64,000 nucleotides of DNA, from NCBI GenBank assembly GCA_963702845.1, contig OY969763.1:960001-1024000 (forward strand). Direction: 5' to 3'. Positions within the stretch are counted from its first letter, which is position 1; each line of letters starts with the position of its first letter. Under the pieces are notes generated by a model. That model made no database searches. It worked only from the letters and a program-made list of their open reading frames with translations, and was not told the DNA's origin. A program made the translations under genes and the position numbers. This DNA is from an uncultured Verrucomicrobiae bacterium (GTDB lineage Bacteria; Verrucomicrobiota; Verrucomicrobiia; Limisphaerales; Palsa-1400). Below are positions 57,252 through 64,000 of this stretch, piece by piece.

Positions 57252-60193
57252 CTACTTAGAATCGCGTTGTAAGTAGGAGAATAGGTCCATGAGTTCTTTT
57301 GGCTGGAGCGACTCAAGGAGGCCTTCGGGCATGAGGGACAGTTGCGATTCGCGCATGGCGCGGAGATTGTCGCGCGGGATGGTGTGCTTCTGGTTGTTTC
57401 GGTCCAGGACCGTGACTGAAGCCGGGGAGGAATCGACGACGAGGCCGCTGAGGTTTTGGTCGTCTTTGGTTTCGACGTCGAAGTTGACGTATTCGGGGCG
57501 GATGTAGGCGCTTGGGTTAACGATGTTGAGCAATAGGACGTCGAGGTTTTTGCGATCGATGCCGGTGAGGTCGGGGCCGATTTTGTTGCCTTCGCCGAAG
57601 AGGGTGTGGCAGACGGCGCAGGTTTTCTGGAAGGTTTTTTTGCCTTCGGTTGGATTGCCGGTGGCATCACGGCCGGCTGCGCCGCTGGGGTGAATGACCA
57701 ATTTAAGACGGTTGATGATGTTTTGTTTTTCGGCGGGGGAGCTGGTTTGGATTTTGCCCCAGAGTTTTTCGATGCGCGGGAGAAGATCTTTGAAGGTTGC
57801 GATTTGACGAACCTGGTCGAGAGATATGTCCCTGGGTGTGAGATTCTTTGCTTCGACGGTTGCGATGAGTGTTGAGGCCCACGTGGGGCGAGAGCAAAGG
57901 GCGTTGACGATTTGCGTGCGGTTGGCTGGAGGGACATGCGGATAAAGATCGATCAACTCGGAGGCTATCTGTGGATCGGAATATCGTTCGACGGCGGAGA
58001 GGGCAGCGTTGCGGATTGAATCCGATTTGGTTTCGCGGAGCAGGGTGGTTAAGAGAGGGAGGAAGCGAGGGTTGCCGTTTTGGGCGAGTGAGTCGATCAG
58101 TGAAATGCGATCAGGTTTCGGCACTGTTTCATCGATGATTAATCGCTGCGCGGTTGTTTCGGAAGGCGCGTGCTGCATGCGGACGCCGAGCCGAATCAAA
58201 CGAACATCATTTTGGGATTTTGTGGGCAATGACGTTATCCATGCGCCGAACGAATCGGGAACGCGGGTTGATTTTGCCAGACCTGCGTCCATGCCTTTAA
58301 GGATCGGCCCGATGCGATTTGCCTGTGACCCAGCAGCGCGCAAAAGAGTCATGCAAGCGTCGAGATCGTATTCAGAGGCGTAGCGGCGGGCGACTTTTTC
58401 GAGGATTGCGTTTGTGGCGAGGCGATCGTCTGAAAACATTTTCACAACGACATCTCGATTTGAGATTGTTTTATTTTCGAGAGCCCACCAATCCAGAAGC
58501 GGAATGCAAGGGTCATTGGCATCTTCGATGCGCAGGAGCAGTTCGTGAATGATTGGCAGGGCGTCGTCGCCGGGAAGTCTCTTGGCCGAGCACGCTAACT
58601 GCGCACGAACTGGTGCGCTTTGCTCATTGTGCGCTAGCTCGACGAGCGCTTCGCGAATTGAGTTGGAGACGTTGTGTGAGTCGGCCAACAACCGAACGGT
58701 CCATTTGCGAATATTCGCGTTGCTGTGGTGTAGGAGTTTCGCCGCCGTGGCTTCGTTGAAACCGCCGCTCACGTAAAGAGCCCACAACGACTCGAGTTGA
58801 AGGTGTGCGTTGGTGGAAGAAAGAACAGTGTTTAGCAGTTGTGGGACGATGGAAGTATCGCGTCGCTCCGCCAAAATGCGGCGAGCTTCGCGGGCGAACC
58901 ATTCGTTTTTGTCATTCAGAAATTGGAGAAGTTCTGTGCTGGTTTTTGTTTCGAACGATGGAAGCGCGACGTTGGTATCTGCCTGTGCGTATTGCACGCG
59001 ATAGACGCGGCCGTTGCTGCGGTCCCAAGTATCGAGAGGATCGACATGGGTGACGCGTTTGTCGCACCAGTCGGCGATATAGACTGCGCCGTCGGGACCG
59101 ACGCTGCAGTTAACGGGTCGGAACAGGTTATCGTCTGTTTTCAATATCTCGCCGCCGAAGGTGGACTGGAACGTGGAGCCGTGCGGCTTGAGCGTGGACC
59201 AATAAACGGAAGTGTCGAGCGGGTGGCCGGAGATGTAGGCGTGATTGAACTCAGTCGGGAACGCGCCGCCGTTGTAGATGATGCCGCCGGTGGAAAGGTG
59301 ATGGCCGCGATTGCCGTGTGTGCGGGACGTGTTCGAAATAGCCGTAAGTGTATGGGTTGTGGAGCGCGCCGTGTTTGCCGAAGTTCTTTACGTAATACGC
59401 GCCTTGCAGCGCGTGGAGCATTTGTTCGCTCGCATTTGTGCCGCAGAAAATTTCGCCGTCGTCGTCGAAATCGAGGCCCCAAAGATTTCCGCCGCCTTCG
59501 GCGAATAATTCGAACTGGTGCGTGACAGGGTGATAGCGCCACACGCCTTGTTGAAATTCGATGCCGCGAACGTGCGCCGTCACGGTGCTGCCTTGCACAC
59601 CATAAAGCCAGCCGTCTGGCCCCCATGTCAGGGAGTTTGCGAACGCGTGCGCGTCTTCCATGCCGAAGCCGGTGAGCAAAATTTCAGGATCACTGTCGGG
59701 AACGTCATCGCGGTTTTTGTCGGGATAGAAGAGCAGGTAAGGGGACTGCATCACGAAGACGCCGCCGTGACCGATGGCAAAACCGGTGCAGAGATTTAAG
59801 CCAGTGATGAAATTTTTGTAGCGGCGCGCGTGACCGTTGGCGTCGAAGTCGTCGCAAATCGTGATCTTATCGGCACCCTTCGGACCGCGTGGGGGCGGTT
59901 CGGGAACGCGATCGTAAGTGGTGCGCAGATATTGATCGACCTTTGTGGGTTTCAGTCCCGCAGGGGTGGGATATTGGATGTATTGCAGCACCCAAAGGCG
60001 GCCACGGTCGTCGAAATTGAGACAGAGTGGCTGGCGGATTTCGGGTTCGTTCGCGACCAGTTGAACGACGAAGCCCGGAGGGACGGTCATTTTATCAAGC
60101 GATTGTTGAGGAGGAAGGCCGTGTGCCGTGAATGCAACAAAAACGGTGCGCAAGCCACACGCACTCCAAACGCTTCGCGAGGATTCGAGCCAT
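57252..60193 (-). pseudogene. PVC-type heme-binding CxxCH protein, frameshifted as written
   Basis: LVANEPEIRQPL, FDDRGRLWV, WGPDGWLYG, GPDGAVYIADW, HEAT repeats, CAVCH, SLMPEGL. Shifts near 60149, about 59310 and about 59150. Confidence 0.85.
60139..60180. repeat. TGGAG-type REP-like element inside the signal-peptide coding region
   Basis: AAAACGGTG(C)GCAAGCCACACGCACTCCAAACGCTTCGCG. Confidence 0.6.
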
Positions 60194-60203
60194 GGGGTGT
60201 CTT

Positions 60204-61604
60204 CTACTTCGAAATTGGAACTTCGTCTTCGATACGAGCGGTGGCCAGTTGCGCGGATGACAGTTTGGATTCGGATTCTGGTAATCGTTCGTTCAAAACG
60301 TCTTTGGCGCGTTTGAGGTCGAGTTCGTTTTCCCATCGAGCGATGACGATCGTGGCGGTGGCGTTGCCGATGAGGTTGGTCATCGAGCGAGCCTGGGCCA
60401 TGAACCAATCGACACCGAGAATCAGGACCATTCCTTCGACGGGAATGGTTTTCATCGAGGAAAGCGTCGCAGCTAAAGTGATGAACGCGCTGCCGACGAC
60501 GGTGGCTGCGCCTTTCGATGTGAGTAGGCAGACAATGAGGACGGCGAATTCCTGCGCGAAGGTCAGGTGAGTATTGGTCGCTTGTGCGATAAATAGCGCG
60601 CCCATGGTGAGGTAGACGGATGTGCCGTCGAGATTGAACGAGTAGCCGGCCGGAAGAACCAGGCCGACGAGCGGCTTGGAGCAGCCGAGGTTTTCGAGCT
60701 TGGCGAACATGCGTGGCAGGACTGATTCCGACGAAGCCGTGCCGAAGACGATGAACAGCTCGTCACGGAAATATTTCAACAGCTTGAGAACGTTGAGATT
60801 GTTGTAACGCAGCAACGCGCCGAGGCAGATGAGGATAAAGCTGAGGCACGTGAGATAAATGCAGGCCATCATCTTGCCGAGTGGCACGAGCGATTTGAGC
60901 CCGAATTTCGAAATGGTGAAACTCATCGCACCGAACACAGCGAACGGCGCGAGTTTGATAATCATGGCTATCATTCCCATGAGCGCGCGCGCGACTTGTT
61001 CGAGCGCAAGAATCACCGGCCGGTTGGATTCGCCGAGCGCGGACATCGCCATGCCGAACAACACCGAAATAAAGAGCACCGGCAAAATATCTCCGCGGGC
61101 AAAGGCGCCAACAATCGTATCGGGAATGATGTTCAGCAGCATGTCCACAAAACCGTGGTGCTCGGGAATATTTGTAAGTTTGGATTGCAGGTCGGCAATG
61201 CTGAGACTGGCCACCGCAACGTTCATCCCTTCACCGGGCTTGACGGTTTTCGCCACCAGCCAGCCGATGACGAGGGCGAGCGTGGTCATGATTTCGAAGT
61301 AAATAAACGCTTTGGCGCCGATGCGGCCGATGCGTTTGAGATTTCCCATGCCCGCCATTCCAACGACAACGGTCGTGAAGATGATCGGCGCGATCACCAT
61401 GCGGATGAGTTTGATGAAGCCGTCGCTCAGCGGTTTGAAGACGACTCCGGAAAATTCCCGGACGACCATGTTCGGCGGCCCAATGAAGGTCGACGGTTCT
61501 TTTTGGAGGACTTTTTCCGGGAGAAGGATTCCGGTTGCTATACCGATCAAGGTTCCAATAAGCACCCAGAAATAAAGATGATGATAAAAACGTTTGCGCT
61601 GCAT
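60204..61604 (-). CDS. dctA: C4-dicarboxylate:cation symporter (DAACS family)
   Basis: LYFWVLIG, FIKLIRMVIAPIIF, GTASSES, GYSFNLDGT, LTSKGAA, NLIGNA. Confidence 0.92.
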   Translation of the reverse strand: MQRKRFYHHLYFWVLIGTLIGIATGILLPEKVLQKEPSTFIGPPNMVVREFSGVVFKPLSDGFIKLIRMVIAPIIFTTVVVGMAGMGNLKRIGRIGAKAFIYFEIMTTLALVIGWLVAKTVKPGEGMNVAVASLSIADLQSKLTNIPEHHGFVDMLLNIIPDTIVGAFARGDILPVLFISVLFGMAMSALGESNRPVILALEQVARALMGMIAMIIKLAPFAVFGAMSFTISKFGLKSLVPLGKMMACIYLTCLSFILICLGALLRYNNLNVLKLLKYFRDELFIVFGTASSESVLPRMFAKLENLGCSKPLVGLVLPAGYSFNLDGTSVYLTMGALFIAQATNTHLTFAQEFAVLIVCLLTSKGAATVVGSAFITLAATLSSMKTIPVEGMVLILGVDWFMAQARSMTNLIGNATATIVIARWENELDLKRAKDVLNERLPESESKLSSAQLATARIEDEVPISK

Positions 61605-61703
61605 GGGTGCTATGTCGGCGATGTTCTTAGCCGTAAACGCGCGCGCAAACAAGGAAAGTATTTTCCAGAACGCTAACGTCGTCTAAATCTTGAATTCTAA
61701 AAT

Positions 61704-62705
61704 TTATCCGAGCCACTTGGGATTATGCGCAGTGCCGTCGTAGTTGGAGGTGGTTTTAAATTTTTCAAACTTGCCGGTTGCGGCGGCTTCGGCGGTGCGG
61801 GCCAGGAGTTGTTTAACGGCGCTGGCGGAAAGCGGTTTGAAGGTGCGGGCAGCCTGAAGAGCTTGTTGCAGGTTTTCCATGCTTTCCATTCCAGTGATGA
61901 CGACGGACGTGGGAAGGTTCATCGCATAGTGCAACGCTTCAATCGCTGAAACGGTGTTGGTTTTGAGCAAATTGCCAGCGGCCAATGGCTTCATTCCGAG
62001 AATGCCCATGTTCTTTTTCACCGCGACTGGCACGACCTTGTGCTCGAAACTGCGAAAGTGTGCGTCGAGAACGTTTAGTGGCATTTGCACGGTGTCGAAG
62101 GTGAACCCGTGTTGCTCGGCGATTTCAATACAGCGCAGATGAATTTGCGGATCTTTGTGGCCGGTGAAACCTATGTGACGGATTTTGCCGGCCTGTTTGG
62201 CTTCAGCTAATGCTTCCATCGCGCCGCCGGGTGCAAAAATCACATCCGGATCCTCGAAGCGAATGATCTCGTGCATTTGCAACAAATCGAGGTGGTCGGT
62301 TTGCAAACGCTGCAGGGATTCGTCGATCTGTTTGGCGGCAGCTTGTTTGTTGCGGCCGTCGATCTTCGTCATCAAGAACGCCTTTTCACGATAGCCATCG
62401 CGGAGTGCTTTGCCCATGCGCACTTCGCTGTCGCCGTCGTGATAGTCCCAACAGTTGTCCATGAAGTTGATGCCCGAATCGAGCGCGGTGCGAATGATCT
62501 TGATGCCTTCTTCTTCGCTTGGATTGCCGATGTGAAAACCGCCGAGGCCAATGCAGGAAACTTTCTCACCAGTGCGGCCAAGTGTCCGGTAGGGGACATC
62601 GCCCCGTTTTTCGGCGGCGAGTGCCGACGCGCTCGTGCTCACAGCGAGACCGGTTGCGACGGTCAGTTTGACAAAGTCACGGCGAGTGTATGCATTGGTG
62701 TCCAT
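61704..62705 (-). CDS. Tat-exported aldo/keto reductase
   Basis: TRRDFVK, YRTLGRTGEKVS, GINFMDNCWDY, SLQRLQTDHLDL, GFTGH, GMKPL. Confidence 0.92.
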   Translation of the reverse strand: MDTNAYTRRDFVKLTVATGLAVSTSASALAAEKRGDVPYRTLGRTGEKVSCIGLGGFHIGNPSEEEGIKIIRTALDSGINFMDNCWDYHDGDSEVRMGKALRDGYREKAFLMTKIDGRNKQAAAKQIDESLQRLQTDHLDLLQMHEIIRFEDPDVIFAPGGAMEALAEAKQAGKIRHIGFTGHKDPQIHLRCIEIAEQHGFTFDTVQMPLNVLDAHFRSFEHKVVPVAVKKNMGILGMKPLAAGNLLKTNTVSAIEALHYAMNLPTSVVITGMESMENLQQALQAARTFKPLSASAVKQLLARTAEAAATGKFEKFKTTSNYDGTAHNPKWLG

Positions 62706-62810
62706 AAACTAAAACATGGCTCCGGCGAGCCCGGCGTTCAACCGGAATTTCGAGGGGCTCGGCTATCAATGTCGAACAACATCCTATTAGCGGTAACATC
62801 TTTTTGTTTT

Positions 62811-62850
62811 GGTGAGAAAAAGTTGGAAAAGGTGAGAAAAGATTGGAAAA
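62811..62850. repeat. Decamer array A
   Basis: GGTGAGAAAA AGTTGGAAAA GGTGAGAAAA GATTGGAAAA. Confidence 0.85.
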
Positions 62851-62907
62851 CCTGCAATGCAACTGAACTGACTGACCCTGACCATCGCACCGCTCAAAAT
62901 AATTTTA

Positions 62908-62954
62908 GGTTCGGAATGGTTCGGTTTACCTCGGTTTGGTTCGGTTTGGTTCGG
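62908..62954. repeat. Decamer array B
   Basis: GGTTCGGAAT GGTTCGGTTT ACCTCGGTTT GGTTCGGTTT GGTTCGG. Confidence 0.9.
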
Positions 62955-63135
62955 GATCAATCGAATATTGTCCCCCCTTACCCCCCTCTGGACCCGTCAC
63001 GCCGTCCCAAGGCACGTAAACATTGATGGTGGCGGTTCCCCCACGAGCCTGACCAATTCAACCTCGGACGGTTCCGCAGGGGGAGTCATTAATAACAAGG
63101 ACCCTTTGATGCCAAAAATAAAATTTTAATTTTTT

Positions 63136-63185
63136 GGCGTTATGAGCCGTTATGAAGCGTTACAAGCCGTGATGACGCGTCATGC
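63136..63185. repeat. Decamer array C
   Basis: GGCGTTATGA GCCGTTATGA AGCGTTACAA GCCGTGATGA CGCGTCATGC. Confidence 0.85.
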
Positions 63186-63223
63186 CAAAACGGGGCGAGC
63201 GCCACTTTGGCGCAGTTTTGTGA

Positions 63224-63308
63224 TTTCAAAGAACATTCGCCTTCGCAGGCGTCCGGCATGCACCGCCGGCTGCTGCAAGGTTTAACATGAAGTTGCGACA
63301 TATGTCAA
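63224..63308 (-). promoter_or_regulatory. Sigma70-like promoter followed by a GNRA hairpin and rrn-type boxA
   Basis: Minus strand TTGACA-18-TAAACC with extended TG, CGCCT-GCGA-AGGCG (63238-63251), TGTTCTTTGAAA (63224-63235). Confidence 0.6.
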
Positions 63309-63690
63309 GCGTTGCAAGTTAAACCGATTTCGCGCGAAGGCTTCGAACCGCCGACTGGTAATCGGGGCTCGCTCCGCTCGGGGAGCAAAGAACGCGACGA
63401 TGGTCACTACGGACCTTAACAAGGGAGTGGCGGCTAACTTTATCGGCGGCGAATCTGGGAGCGTTCTGTTTTCTTGTTCGAGGACGGCAAAGCCTTTCTC
63501 TGATGCCGCCGTAAGATGATGTCTTCTGCTGACAACCGTTTTCGTCTGATGGTTTGAAACGCCTCGGTGGTGAACTCTGGGCCTCAGTGTTTTCCCCAAC
63601 AGACAAACCATGTTTATCGCTGCCGCACCATCCGTGCGAGCTAAGCGGTTCTTGGGAAACAAAACACAAACAATAGAAACTAAAACACCT

Positions 63691-64000
63691 ATGAAGCTAA
63701 AACACATAGCAATCTGTCTGATTGCGGCGGCCATGTCCGCATTGACAGCAAGAGCGCACATTCTGGTCACCGTTCTTTGTCCCGAAAGCGGCAAATCGGC
63801 GGCGGGCATTCACGTGTGCGCAACAAAGGCCAACAATCCTGAAAACCAACTTTGTGGCGAAACCGATGAAAACGGCTTTGTAAACTTCGTCCCGAATGCT
63901 GGGGGCATTTACCACGTCTGCGTCGATACTACCACCCTGCCGGCCGGGGCGATCCTCGCTAACCCTTGCCAGGACATTGATTTCGAAGGCGTCGACATCG
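63691..64000 (+). CDS. Secreted Cys-containing hypothetical protein, 3'-partial
   Basis: Not in the ORF track because it has no stop. Reads MKLKHIAICLIAAAMSALTARA-HILVTVLCP...GETDENG...YHVCVD; A/C-rich leader upstream. Confidence 0.75.
   Translation, partial: MKLKHIAICLIAAAMSALTARAHILVTVLCPESGKSAAGIHVCATKANNPENQLCGETDENGFVNFVPNAGGIYHVCVDTTTLPAGAILANPCQDIDFEGVDI

Noticed and set aside
62811..63185. CRISPR array
   Set aside because: Units are 10 bp and contiguous, with no unique spacers and no cas genes in the window.
63470..63660. c-di-GMP-I riboswitch in the leader of the last gene
   Set aside because: Only a GGCAAAGCC fragment matches; the GAAA tetraloop/receptor stems are not evident.

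Overview
Gene-dense chromosomal window from a PVC-superphylum bacterium, most likely Verrucomicrobiota (Pedosphaera/Limisphaerales-like). This is inferred from two PVC-type CxxCH heme proteins, DUF1080, several sulfatases, a TIGR02597-like domain and GTAG/TGGAG-type REP elements. Housekeeping content: hrpB, tRNA-Arg(CCG), Rrf2-hflX, lptF, folE, lon, dapL, TPP riboswitch-thiC, dctA, glcE/F-like genes. Accessory content: sulfatases, GH43, a GHL10/Ig surface protein, a FecR + CHASE2 adenylate cyclase pair, a GNAT-PLP fusion enzyme and a metal transport operon. I saw no transposase, integrase, CRISPR array or rRNA. Single-base indels break several genes (about 2.9-4.1 kb and 39.5-60.2 kb) and look like consensus errors rather than decay. 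Best leads: (1) two orphan units of sigma70 promoter, hairpin and rrn-type boxA with no rRNA downstream (4.7 kb +, 63.3 kb -); the second runs into three different 10-bp-periodic repeat arrays, each abutting an A/T tract, a similar array lies at 50.1 kb, and the units point along the locally C-rich strand; (2) a hidden His-rich DUF2946-like leader ending in an RGPP arrest motif plus hairpin, upstream of an ATPase-less metal import/export operon; (3) a FeeM-like GNAT fused to a CobD/HisC-like PLP enzyme; (4) a REP element apparently used as signal-peptide coding sequence. All product calls come from motif recognition by eye; no database search was run.
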